The position numbers and the translations under genes are program-made. A stretch of 64,000 nucleotides of DNA from an uncultured Nitrospinota bacterium (GTDB lineage Bacteria; Tectomicrobia; Entotheonellia; J063; CAVPRW01): positions 32,001 to 96,000 of the forward strand of contig CAVPRW010000017.1 in NCBI GenBank assembly GCA_963707985.1, in the 5' to 3' direction. Numbering within the stretch: position 1 is the stretch's first letter; each line of letters opens with the position of its first letter. Below, in pieces: positions 34,798-45,529 of this stretch. The notes below the pieces were generated by a model. That model saw only the letters and a program-made list of their open reading frames with translations, had not been told where the DNA came from and did not search any database.

Positions 34798-37700
34798 CTA
34801 CGGATGTGCGTCATCTGGGTTGTCTGGCTTTGTGTCCACATTCGAGACGTACCCCGCGCCGATCTGGATACCTACATAGGGTGTTTCCCGCGAGGTCGAG
34901 ATCTGGACCGTTGCCGTCTGGATACTGTCCACCCCATCCTTGCTCCACATACCGTAGCCGGCAAAGGTCACGGTATCGTACTCGGCGGGTGATGCTTGTG
35001 ACGTCAACGAGTTACCGAAACCCACCCAGGTCAGGCTGTGCAGACGGAACGATCCCTTTTGAGTGTGGTTTATCATATTCAAACTTCGCTGGGTGTTTGC
35101 TGGACTCACCAGGAATCACATAGCTAAACGAGAAACGCTCACCTGTGGACGTCGCAATCACGTCTTTCGCCTGGCCTTCCTTGATATAGTGTTTAACGTC
35201 CTCATCCTGCATGGCCCGGATCCAGAGATAGGGATCAAGTCGTGAGGGGCTCAAGACCGTCACAGTGGTTGCGAGGTTCGGCGTTGGGTACTTGAAGCCT
35301 TTAGGGTACGGTACGAGCACCACACCTTGATAGCGAAAGACCAGTTCTCCACGCCTGCCTTTTTGGAACTGCGCAGGACCACGGAAGAAGAACGAGGACT
35401 TAGGTGTCCGCGGTTCGACGTGCAGTAGTGCATAGATGACATTGAGATTGATAAAGCCTCGATGGAGCATCTCGTTAAGCAGCCGTCCAGTCTTGAGATT
35501 GACCGCCCCTACAGAGAAATCAAAGGGGTCATCCAGGACAGCCAAGTCATTCTGGGAATAAGTACGCAGCGGAAACCGCAGCTTTGCGTCAAAGCCTCTG
35601 GGACCAGGAGGCAGCGGCGCAGGGAAGGTCTCAGAGATCGGCGAATCGGGCAACGGAGCCAACAAGCCGCCCGCATTGAGATGCAATACGGCGACAGGAA
35701 CGGAGCCGCCAGAGGGTTCACCGAACTGGAGCTGGGCTCGCCCTAGGACATGCGAGCGGCCCGTTGCGGGCCCCCCGAACTCCGGGACGTCCAGAGTAAA
35801 CTTATCACCAAAGGCGCTGTTGTGAGTGTGCAGGGTGAGTTCCTGAATCGTATTGAACGGGATATCCGGCAGGTCCTCTTGCCCTGTCGGGGCCTCCGGC
35901 TCCTTGGTGCTGAGGTGCAGGTGCGGATGCATGACCGTACCTTTTGACGGAATCGTGGCATATTGCTGCGTGGGACTGACAATAGGCAGCGGCCAACGTA
36001 TATTCTCATTGAAAGGATCCCAGTGGCACGAAGGTCGAACCGTAAAAGGTGAAATCCAGCAGTCCATCGGACCGCGGCTCAAACTTCACCCAGGCCGAGC
36101 CGTATTGCCCGGGAAAAGCAATAGGTCCCGCCTTGTCACGCGTTCCTGGTAACAGGGGGAAATTGGGGTTGACGCTTGCCAGGGCGACGAGGGCATTGCT
36201 CGTATAGGTGGCCGAGAACTGCAACTGCGGCACACCTCCCTCTCCAAAGGCGGCCTCCCCAGTCCGTAGATCCAGTTTCCCCGAGGAAATCAGGCCAGGC
36301 ACGGCGTCGACGCGGTTGTACTGAAAGGGCATTTTGAAGAACCGGGGTGTGGTCAGAACGCTATCTTCGCCGATAAAACCGCCCTCGTAGTAGACCTCAA
36401 AGTCGCAGATGTTGTCGACAGGGGAGGAAAATTTAATGCGGATGGAACCACTGAGGTGGCTATCCACTATCGCGAGCCCGCCGAAAAGCAGGTTGTTGCA
36501 ACTGCCCCACTGGATACCCTGTGCATCCTGGCAGTCCAGAGCGGCGATCGCGTCACCGAAATAACTGGCCGCCTTGCTCAACGGCAGCACCTGCTCCAGA
36601 CCGGGAGGAAGCTGCAGGAGCCCCCTAGAGGCCTCCGCAGGCTGTCTGGAGGCTTCCCTGAGCATAGAGGCTTGTGCGGCAGAGGCATATTGTCGAGCGT
36701 CAGACGCAGACGACGACGGGCTGGCAAATTCCAGCCTGGGCTGAAAGTCCAACAGGTCACTTTTAGCCCATGTAGGTCCTTCAGCCTGGCGGAAGTCCGC
36801 CACTGGATCTCGATAGACTCACCGTGTACACATCGATCGGCGGGAAATTTGCCCCAAAGGCGCAATTAAGGAGACACAGTAGCTCATTGGCGATGAGGGC
36901 ATGACCGGTCGCGCCAGGATAATACCCATTTAGCGTGTAAAACCCGCCGAGGAATTCCGCCGTCAGTCGGCGCGATCCGACGTCGATTCCCTCATGGGCG
37001 ATGCGGTGGAAGAAGGCCTGTAGGTCATACACCAGGGCACCCCGTTCCTGTGCCAGGGCCACGAGTTCCTCGTTCAACTCGCGAATGTGGCTACGGATCT
37101 GGTTGGCGACCGCAACGCTCAGCACCATATCCGGGCTCAGGAATGTGATAGCGCTACCAAAAATCTGGCATCCCAATCTGCATGATGCCATTGACGGTAA
37201 GCAGCGCATCGGGTTTCAGCGCGTACGCCTCCAGGAGGAATGCTGGTTCTACTTTCAAGATCTTGGCGGCAGTATCGATGGTGGCGAAGTGGGCCGTGTC
37301 GAACGGATCAGGAATCGTCAGTACTAACAGTTCTGATCCTGCTTCCTTCAAAGGGGTGAGGAGACGCTCGTAGTCAACACGGAAAGAGCCTACATCAGGG
37401 AGCAAGCCAGGCTCACCTTTGACCGCCGCTTCAAGGGCTTCGTGGTATCCGAGTGCAATCACGGTGAAGGTCGGATGCCGTTGCAGGGCCAACTCGAGCT
37501 GGGTCAGCAGCGGTTCTCCACGTGCCATGGCGCGTAGCCCTAGAATCAGATTGGCTGCCGTCTGTGTTCGCATCATGGCGGTGGACCAGGGGCTGCAGCC
37601 GGTCGCAGATTGAGCGCGTCATCCAGCGTGAAACCGGGCACCGCAAGATTGGACGCCGGCGGTGGTGGTAGCTCGTCCAGCACGGTTGTCTGCAAAAACG

Positions 37701-38284
37701 CCGGAACGACTACTGGCAAGTGCTCAAAGCCCACGGGATTGCCGATGACCAGGAGCTTGCATCAGTGGTTGGGCGAATTGGACCTGCATTTGCCGAGCCA
37801 TTTGGGCCGGAAAGCTCGCGCGCTGGGGGTCTGCAAACAGCGAAAAATTGCCCATGCCAGCGGCAAGTCCCTCACCCAGCACGATGAAGGTCGTCGTATT
37901 CAGCCTACCACTATCAACTCGTATCGTCTGTGCTGGCGCTGTGACGGATTGCGCAGGCGCGGAGGCAGGCTTGGAGGCAGAGGGCGGCGTTTGCGGGTCG
38001 CCGCTTGCAGGTCTTGAGAGCTGGAGGAGACTGCTCGGTAGGGAGGACACCGAACATCATGTCCACCATGCTTCTTTGCCATCTATCTCCAGCTTGAAAT
38101 ACCTCCTTGATCACACCATCCAGCTGCTGCTTCGGTGGCGTGTGTGACGGCATCGAACGCGGTGGCGGCTTTGTTTTGCGGCTGGTTTCGAGTCCGGTGG
38201 CGTCAAGAGGTTTCCAAGCTGCTTGACGCCAAATAGCGACATGCCCCAGGAGAAGCTGAGCATTGACTTGATCAGTTCACGCAT
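34798..38284 (-). CDS. Large protein: shared N-terminal segment, SGNH/GDSL-like domain with altered catalytic motifs, and a long unknown C-terminal region (frameshifted; may be more than one gene)
   Basis: FIVLGEGLAAG, NLAVPG, LTIPD, GGFYTLNGYYPGATGHALIAN. Confidence 0.6.
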
Positions 38285-38338
38285 GACTGACACCTTATTC
38301 TGAAAGGACACTTGTTTCTGCTCAGTGCAGCACGAATC

Positions 38339-39721
38339 TTACCCTCTGAAGCGAGGAGACGTCGTATCTTCCAGTTGCGCGACCAGTGCCGGGAGTGATT
38401 GATAGCGAAAGATCTCCCCGAGACAATGGTGCTGCTTCAGTATGGGATAATAATCTTGCAAAGCGACTGTGACCGGTCGCTGCACCAGGTCATGCCAAAA
38501 CTGCACGAGTTGCGGATTGGTTGGGTCTGGCTGGTATTGATAGAACGGGGCGATGAATGGAGCAGTCGGTGTGGTGTCGTACCGCATCATAAACGTGGAC
38601 GCCACCCCATTGGCAAAACCGTCGTCTGCAGCCACTTGCGCACCGTGATATTGCACAAAGGTCGCTACAACCTGTGGATGGCGAATGTTGACCGTCGAGA
38701 AACCCCAGGCCAAGCCCGCAATAGCATTGAGCCAGGCACGGTTATTAGGTACGGCTTGCCGGATCATCCTGAAGGCGTGCCAGACCGAGCCATAGGCCGG
38801 GACAAAGTGAATCGGGAGGAAGTAGTGTGCTCGCCCCGCGCCGCGCCAGAAGTAGTCGAAGGCCTCCGGGTCCATGTGCTCCAATTCCCGGCTCACAAGC
38901 TGGACCATCTGGTCAGGGCGCGTCTCGTTATAAAACTGCCCATTCCGCGTAATCAGGCCGAGGGATTCCAGGGCTGCACCCTCATAACCGGGTGTGGCAT
39001 TGTCGCGACACAGCGCCGTAATCTGTCCAAGCACATGGCGAATATCGGCCGGAGCACTCAGATGGTTGACCATCTTTATCCAGTGCTGGGCAAAGGACAT
39101 GCCGATGCCGGCGTTGAGCATAGTAAAACTTTCCTCAGGGACATCACGGATATACGCATCCCTGAGGATGCCTCGTGGCACTTCCTGGCGTGTGAAAAAC
39201 GTATCCCCGTACCAATGCCCTATACCTTCCACGGCCCACAGAGTAGCGTATTGGTCCATGGCATAAGCCATTTGGACAGCTTCAAGCAATGACGGGTATG
39301 GTGGCACTGAGGAAAGTTGCAATGTGGTTGGAATATTGCGCACCAGGGTAAACACCTGCACCTTATTCTGCAGTTCCCGCAAGGTGAGCCAACCGCCCTG
39401 TCCGGGCTCCAAGTTGCGCAAGACCTCTGCGGACTGCTGCCAGAGCTCCGAGTTTGCTTCGCTCCACGGACTGAACACCTCTGGTGTGAGCAGGCGGAAC
39501 GCCCAGTCCGTCATGTCTCGTTGCAAGTTATCGCCAAGCAAGTAGAGGCCCTGGACTAACTCGCTTAACTGCCCTCCAGCCGCCTGCGTGAGCGCGTCGA
39601 AGGCTGTTGTCGCTTTCTGGGAGTTCTGCGGCAATAGGATGTTGGCCAGCTGCGCGACGCCCAACAGCGACATGGCCCACGGAAAGCTGAGCGTCGACTT
39701 GGTTAGTTCACGCATGTGCAC
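38339..39721 (-). CDS. Hypothetical protein with the shared N-terminal segment; possibly DUF1702/UnbL-like
   Basis: Intact 460 aa: WAVEGIG, LNAGIGMSFA, AALESLGL, YFWRGAGRAHYF, AIAGLAWG. Confidence 0.7.
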   Translation of the reverse strand: MHMRELTKSTLSFPWAMSLLGVAQLANILLPQNSQKATTAFDALTQAAGGQLSELVQGLYLLGDNLQRDMTDWAFRLLTPEVFSPWSEANSELWQQSAEVLRNLEPGQGGWLTLRELQNKVQVFTLVRNIPTTLQLSSVPPYPSLLEAVQMAYAMDQYATLWAVEGIGHWYGDTFFTRQEVPRGILRDAYIRDVPEESFTMLNAGIGMSFAQHWIKMVNHLSAPADIRHVLGQITALCRDNATPGYEGAALESLGLITRNGQFYNETRPDQMVQLVSRELEHMDPEAFDYFWRGAGRAHYFLPIHFVPAYGSVWHAFRMIRQAVPNNRAWLNAIAGLAWGFSTVNIRHPQVVATFVQYHGAQVAADDGFANGVASTFMMRYDTTPTAPFIAPFYQYQPDPTNPQLVQFWHDLVQRPVTVALQDYYPILKQHHCLGEIFRYQSLPALVAQLEDTTSPRFRG

Positions 39722-39760
39722 CCTCCCTCTTGCTCGGCGGAACGGCGCCCCCTCCAGACC

Positions 39761-40390
39761 TCACGCTTTGAACACCAGGATCGCGTGAGTACCCCCAAAG
39801 CCAAAAGAGTTGAACAGGGCGACCTTCGCCTTGTGATATCAGGCATCATGCGGCACATAGTCGAGGTCACACTCGGCATCGGGATGCTCGTAATTCAACG
39901 TGGGCGACAGCATGCCGTAATAAATGGCCAGGACGGTAAAGGTGGCTTCGACCCATCCTGTAGCTCCGAGTAAGTGTCCAGTTATTGACTTGGTCGAACT
40001 CGCCGCGAGGCGGTAGACATGCCGGCCAAGGACTTGCTCGATCGCCATAGTTTCGCCTTTATCGTTAGTACGGCGTGGACGGGCCGTGGGCATTGACGTA
40101 CTCGACCTCTTCCGGCTGCACGCCGGCATGAGCCAGTGCGATCTTGACACAGCGGGCCACGCCCTGTACTCCCGAGTTGGGCACGGTCATATGAAAGGCA
40201 TCTCCGGTCACCCCGTAGCCGATGATCTCAGCATAGATGCGGGCTCCCCCGCTGCTTCACCTTTTCCCGCTCGTCCAGCACCAGTATGCCTACCCTTTTA
40301 CCTATGGACAAAGCCATCTCGATCCCGATCAAAGGGACGACCGGCGCGCTTCAGTTCGTCGTTTCGCGTCGAGAGCATCTTGATAAATCA
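39761..40390 (-). pseudogene. C-terminal remnant of a FabF-type ketosynthase
   Basis: [35 protein letters not shown], with stops and frameshifts. Confidence 0.85.
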
Positions 40391-40809
40391 TCAAGGCATC
40401 GCCAATGACTTGATTCGCGGTGGCACAGGCTGTAGGAACACGTGAATTGGGGTCATGAGCCCCTAGCTGAATGGCCACTAGTCCGGCCACCGTGCTCATG
40501 GTGTTTTCTCACTATCGAGGTGTCATCTCCCTATCCAGTGTGGCCATGAGGCTTCGCACCGTCCCTGTTCTGAACGAGTGATGGCACACTAGGGAGGTGC
40601 GCATCTTCTCCACTTGTATCGCAGTAGGCCGTGGATGCCGCTTAAGGTGTGGATACTGAGTCATTGAGCGTCACTCTCTGTACTATTCCTGTTGTGCTGG
40701 TCTGCGGACCAGCATTTTGTGGTTCGAACCGGTGCCGGATGATGGGCCGTGTTACCCTGCAGTCGCCAGGACACTCAAGGTAAATCCCACCACGTCCGTC
40801 CCTTGGCCA

Positions 40810-41010
40810 TACAATGCCCCCTTGGGTCGAGAAGGCCTGCTGGTCTTGGTGCACATGCTGCAACCCTTGATTGCCGAGTTGGTCGCTCGCAACCAAGCAT
40901 TGCGCCGAGATCGAACGGTGCATGCGTGATAGGCAACGGCAAGCCGTGCCCTTTTCCAGAGGCACCCGGGTGTCGAAGCCGGAGCGCCCTGGACACAGGC
41001 ACGGACCTTG
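40810..41010 (+). mobile_element. Probable IS66-type transposase N-terminal remnant
   Basis: Coiled coil followed by RQAVPFSRGTRVSKPERPG. Confidence 0.45.
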
Positions 41011-41019
41011 CCCCTTGCG

Positions 41020-41712
41020 CTACAGCGGGCTCCTGTTTGTGGAATTGTCTTTTAAAGTCTTCGAGATATCCCTAAGGATATCGATCTGTTCCTCTTCATA
41101 TTTGAACCGCTCTCGTGGATAGCGATCAAGCACTTCGTAGAAGACACGTAGATATTTCTTGTCGTCTTCTGGAAACCCTGTCAATATACGATCATTGCCC
41201 TTTGCTTCGATATACTTCTGGATTTCTGCATAGTCCTCCCAGCCCTTAGGGACCTTGATATCTTTATCATCCTTGAGGCGTTGGATAAAATGCGCAATCT
41301 TCCAAGCGGTATAAGCCGCGGCATCTGTATTGTCTGACACAAGCTCTTCCTCTTCCGGAAAAGCATGTTCATAATCACGCTTCACGAAGAGGATTTTGTA
41401 CCGAACGAGCTTAAGCATGTCATCGCGCAGGTCTTTATCTGCCATCTTCGTTTCCTCCTCTGGGGTTGTCTGATACATTGTTTCGGCACTATCTGCAATA
41501 GTGCCATCGGGTACATCACTTGTGGGATCGCTCTCACTGCTCGGCCGGTCACCGACAGGCTGAACGATCTCGCTTACCATCGCATCAATACCCTGGTAGG
41601 CTATTTTTTGTATGCCTTGTATAGTTTTGACAAACATCTCCATACTCAAGACAAACGCATCGAAAGGCAATTTCAGCATCTGCCCAAAAAATTGGATCAT
41701 CTCGGTCGCCAA
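41020..41712 (-). CDS. Hypothetical protein: amphipathic N-terminus plus domain shared with 16051..17017
   Basis: DKDLRDDMLKLVRYKILFVKRDYEHAF..AWKIAHF..DKKYLRVFY. Confidence 0.75.
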   Translation of the reverse strand: MATEMIQFFGQMLKLPFDAFVLSMEMFVKTIQGIQKIAYQGIDAMVSEIVQPVGDRPSSESDPTSDVPDGTIADSAETMYQTTPEEETKMADKDLRDDMLKLVRYKILFVKRDYEHAFPEEEELVSDNTDAAAYTAWKIAHFIQRLKDDKDIKVPKGWEDYAEIQKYIEAKGNDRILTGFPEDDKKYLRVFYEVLDRYPRERFKYEEEQIDILRDISKTLKDNSTNRSPL

Positions 41713-41718
41713 GTTTCG

Positions 41719-43404
41719 TTACGCATGACTGGCGGCCCGTAGCAACAGCGCTCCGAGCAGTACAAACACAATCGCACTGACTCTCTCGAACCACGCACCA
41801 GCGACCCCTGATAGCGTCAGATGATGCGACAGTAAAGCACATGCCCCTAGGACGAGGAGCAAAGCGATCATCACGGCTGACGAGTTCTTCTGGCGGTGAT
41901 GTCCGGCTCCCCCCGCTTCCTGCAATTTCAGCCGGGTGCTGCTCTCAGCGACGAGCGTCAGAGCCTCATCGAGCTTTTGGGGCAGTCCCATCATCATCAC
42001 GACATATCGGTCCAGGTTGTCGCTTAATTGCGATAGTCCCAGCACGTCGCGAAACTGTGCCAGCATCTCGATCATGCGCACCTCTTGCAGCCCGGCTAGT
42101 AACGGGTCACTGTACGGCGCAAGGCGTTGCCCATGAGCTGCTGTCTGGAACAGTCCTCGGTAGAAAGCTAGCAAGTGGCGCTGTGGTCGGAGTCGTCGTT
42201 TACTGACGAGCTTCCAATGCACAAACAGATGTTCTGCGAGGCCGCGGCTGTCCCCGTCGGTGCTCCATCCACCGTCACGGAACGGCACGATCTCTCTGAA
42301 CCTGTGACGCAACTCCTCCTCATCGACGGCCTTGCCCTCCGGCATCATTTCTCCCAGCAAACAGGAGCAGGCCTTCTCGGGGTCTTCGGTCGACGTCGCA
42401 ATCAAATAGTGCCAGAGATTTTTCTTGGTGTCAGACGACAGCCGCGTAAACTCACCGCCGGTGAAGGTGATCTGTTTATTGGGCAACACCACAATGTTCT
42501 CCGGAGATAGGGCAACCGGAAACCAGCTCCCCAATAGCACCTGCCGCAACCACACCAGACACAGACGCTTGGCCAGATCATTTAGATCGAATCCTAAGTC
42601 TTCAGATATCGCACCTCTTGTGACATGCTCCTCTGATTCCCTGCTATCTAATAGTGCTATGATATCCTGAAGGTTCCGGCCAGACAAGCATTCAATCGTG
42701 ATCACATTCGCTGAGCAATGATCTTTCATTACTAATGGAACTCTTATAAGCTCGAATCTGTTCGCATCTTCAGCAAGCTCCTCAATGGCTTTAACCTCTT
42801 GGATCAGATCAATTTGTTCCTGTAGTGTGTGGCGAAAATCATCTATAGCGTTTTCAATGGGAATACTACCCCAGTCTTCACTTGAAACAGCCGTTTGCAA
42901 GACCTGCAGTAAGTCTATGTCCAATCCATACAGTTCTTGCCATTCGGAACGAATGACTTTAACCGTAACGGCCGTGCCGTTTTCAAGCACCGCACGGTGG
43001 GACTGGAACATTAGCCGAGACTCAAATGGAACGTCCTCGAAATTGACGTAGACCTCTTCTGGTAAACAGGAAAACTCTTGCGCGATCAATGCGCGCACAG
43101 CGGAAATCGGTGTCGTCTCCACGTGGCTGACAATGCGGGCCAGATCGAGGCAAGCATTCACCGGCAGTAAGTCAACCCGTGAGGACAGATAGAGACCGAA
43201 TGAAGAAAAAACTGGGCCAAGGCTTTCCAGGGCTTTGCGGAGTCTATGACTATGCGTCCCTTGCATGCGGCTGCCGCTTGGGCGGCCCGTGAAACGACCG
43301 GGGGCGGGCATCAGACCATGGACGGTGAGGCACTGTTCAATCTCTTGCCGCCTATGCTTCAGCGTCGCTCGGAGCATCCGCTTTCTTGCAAGGCGTTCTC
43401 TCAT
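41719..43404 (-). CDS. ABC1/UbiB (AarF) family pseudokinase with two C-terminal TM helices
   Basis: LRKALESLGPVF..GLYLSSRVDLLP. Catalytic loop and DFG are replaced by PVALSPEN and TGG. Confidence 0.75.
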   Translation of the reverse strand: MRERLARKRMLRATLKHRRQEIEQCLTVHGLMPAPGRFTGRPSGSRMQGTHSHRLRKALESLGPVFSSFGLYLSSRVDLLPVNACLDLARIVSHVETTPISAVRALIAQEFSCLPEEVYVNFEDVPFESRLMFQSHRAVLENGTAVTVKVIRSEWQELYGLDIDLLQVLQTAVSSEDWGSIPIENAIDDFRHTLQEQIDLIQEVKAIEELAEDANRFELIRVPLVMKDHCSANVITIECLSGRNLQDIIALLDSRESEEHVTRGAISEDLGFDLNDLAKRLCLVWLRQVLLGSWFPVALSPENIVVLPNKQITFTGGEFTRLSSDTKKNLWHYLIATSTEDPEKACSCLLGEMMPEGKAVDEEELRHRFREIVPFRDGGWSTDGDSRGLAEHLFVHWKLVSKRRLRPQRHLLAFYRGLFQTAAHGQRLAPYSDPLLAGLQEVRMIEMLAQFRDVLGLSQLSDNLDRYVVMMMGLPQKLDEALTLVAESSTRLKLQEAGGAGHHRQKNSSAVMIALLLVLGACALLSHHLTLSGVAGAWFERVSAIVFVLLGALLLRAASHA

Positions 43405-43473
43405 CGAAAGCCTTCACTCACCGTGATGCAACCATACAGGCTGCCCCCTGGCACATAGGACTCCCTTTCAAGG

Positions 43474-43854
43474 CTACTTCGCCCCCGGGGGTGAGACAGG
43501 CCCCCAGCCCATTCCCTGTTCTGGCGATCCTACAGGACGCGCCTGAGCGCTCTGACCGGAGGCTCCCGTGGTCGGCTGCATCACGTCTGAGGCCCTTTTC
43601 ATCATCTTGCTTGGATCGAGGGTATCAAGCGTCAGCATGCCGAATGTCATATCCACGACGTTTCTTTGCAGTTGGTCCCCAGCCTTGAAAGCCCCCTTGA
43701 GCACGTCGCTGAGCTGTGCTTCGGTCGCCCGTGTCACAGCGTTGAATGCCCCCGTTGCCTTCTCTGGCGTCATAGAGTTGATAAGCTGTGTGACGCCAAA
43801 CAGCGACATTCCCCACGAGAAACTGAGCATGGACTTGGTTAAATCGCGGATCAT
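43474..43854 (-). CDS. Small protein consisting essentially of the shared N-terminal segment
   Basis: MIRDLTKSMLSFSWGMSLFGVTQL..AFNAVT..GDQLQRNVVD; AGGAGG RBS. Confidence 0.75.
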   Translation of the reverse strand: MIRDLTKSMLSFSWGMSLFGVTQLINSMTPEKATGAFNAVTRATEAQLSDVLKGAFKAGDQLQRNVVDMTFGMLTLDTLDPSKMMKRASDVMQPTTGASGQSAQARPVGSPEQGMGWGPVSPPGAK

Positions 43855-43866
43855 GTCTGCACCTCC

Positions 43867-45529
43867 TTAAATGAGCCGACGTATCCTTTGCAGAAGCATG
43901 GTAGCGGCGGCTGCCATCAGTAACACTTCCGCGGTAAATATGTTCACACCGAATTGCGCAGCTTCCCCAGTCACTGCCATCAGCGCTGATAGTGCGAATA
44001 TCACCGCTGCCATCTGGACTGCTCCGCGCCGCGTCGCGTCGCGAGCGTGGCCTGCTGTGCTTGATGCAGAGTAATTGCTTCCTTCGCCAGTCGTGACGCG
44101 CTGAAGAAAGGTGGCAGCCCGTAAGGCACCGTCGCGAATCAGGTGCCCACTGGAGCTAGACCAATCCACGAGGGTGTCAAAGGCGAAAAGCTCTTGTCGT
44201 ACTTGCCCCCTGAGATAACGATCGCAGATCGTTTCGAGGTACCTGCCGACATCGAATGTTGGCGCAAAGCGTGTGATGAGGCCATCGATGGCGACAGTTG
44301 AACGGATGTATTTGATGACATCGCGCTCGGGCCAGATTCCCGTCTGTCGTGACAGTGTCAGCAGATCGAGCATCACCAGCGTGATATTCTTGCGCAGGTG
44401 TCTGACCTTCCCTTGCACCATGTACCATTCACCTGCCAGCATGCCCAATCCGTTGCGAAATCCTTCCGCATCCGAATTCGTGTCTCTCGATGAGACTTTG
44501 AAAAATGCGCCGCACATGCCATCGAGGTCCCCCCGCGCGTATGCCAGTGTGAGCGCCACTAGGTGACGACGTAGGTATGGACTGAGCACGCCGGTGATAC
44601 CAAAGTCGATGTAACCGACCGTGTTATCTCTGCAGATCATGAGATTGGCCGGATGCAGATCGGCATGAAACATCCCATGCCGAAATGCATCGGCGAGGAA
44701 ATTTTCAATGATGTTGCAGGCGAATTGATGTGGGGCGAAACCCATGGTATTCAGCTTGTGCTGCAGTACCTCATCACCGGCGGCTAAAGCACGGAGATAG
44801 TCGAGAACGGTCACCCCTTCCAGAAACTCAAGGGTGAGAACACAGTGCGTCGTATAGTTCCAAAACACGGCCGGTACGAGCTCTTTGGCGTTATCGCCGG
44901 CATGGCGGCGGGTATGTTCCATATAGCGGGCTTCACTGCGGTAATCGAGCTCCTCTCGCGTCCAGGCGACGAACTCACGCATCGGCTCGAGCATCCAGTA
45001 GAGCGGCTTCACATGCAGAGCCGTGATGAGATGCATAGCGATCGTCATCAGCCGGATGTCACCGGCGAAGTCTGTCTTGACGCTCGGTCGCTGCACCTTC
45101 ACCGCCACCTTCTGCCCACTTAGATAGGCAATGTAGACTTGGCCGATGGAGGCTGTGGCAATCGGCTCTGGGTCAAAATGATCAAAGATTTCTGAGGGCC
45201 TTTTGCCGAATTCATCGGCGAAGATCCTCTCAACCTGCTCGAACTCGAAGGGTTTGATGCGGTCAAGCAGGTTGAACAGCGCATTACAATAGGCAAGTGG
45301 CAGGATGTCCGGCTGCAGGGCGAGCATCTGGCCAAATTTAATGAAGGTACCGCCCAGGTCCTCGAACAGCGTTCGCAACCGTTCTGGCCCCGAAAGCGAG
45401 CTTTGTGGCAGGTAGTTGCGCCAGCCATGGCCAGCGTTCAGTGAGCGCACCCACCACATACGCCAACAGATGTCTGACCAGCACCGCAGCAATGTGCCCC
45501 AGTCGGCGGAGATTGGACCACCAGGTCAT
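43867..45529 (-). CDS. ABC1/UbiB (AarF) family kinase (frameshift near the 5' end)
   Basis: LGGTFIKFGQ, ATASIGQV, VAVKVQRP, FHADLHPAN, IDFG. Confidence 0.9.

Noticed and set aside
19574..39721. Canonical enediyne cluster
   Set aside because: No iterative type I PKSE, thioesterase or UnbU visible; only a possible remote analogy is reported.
39839..39841. In-frame TGA in the FabF remnant as selenocysteine
   Set aside because: Not at a Cys position, and the gene is otherwise decayed.
43474..43854. Shared N-terminal segment as a RiPP leader
   Set aside because: Fused to large proteins, no core-peptide pattern, and no RiPP maturases seen.
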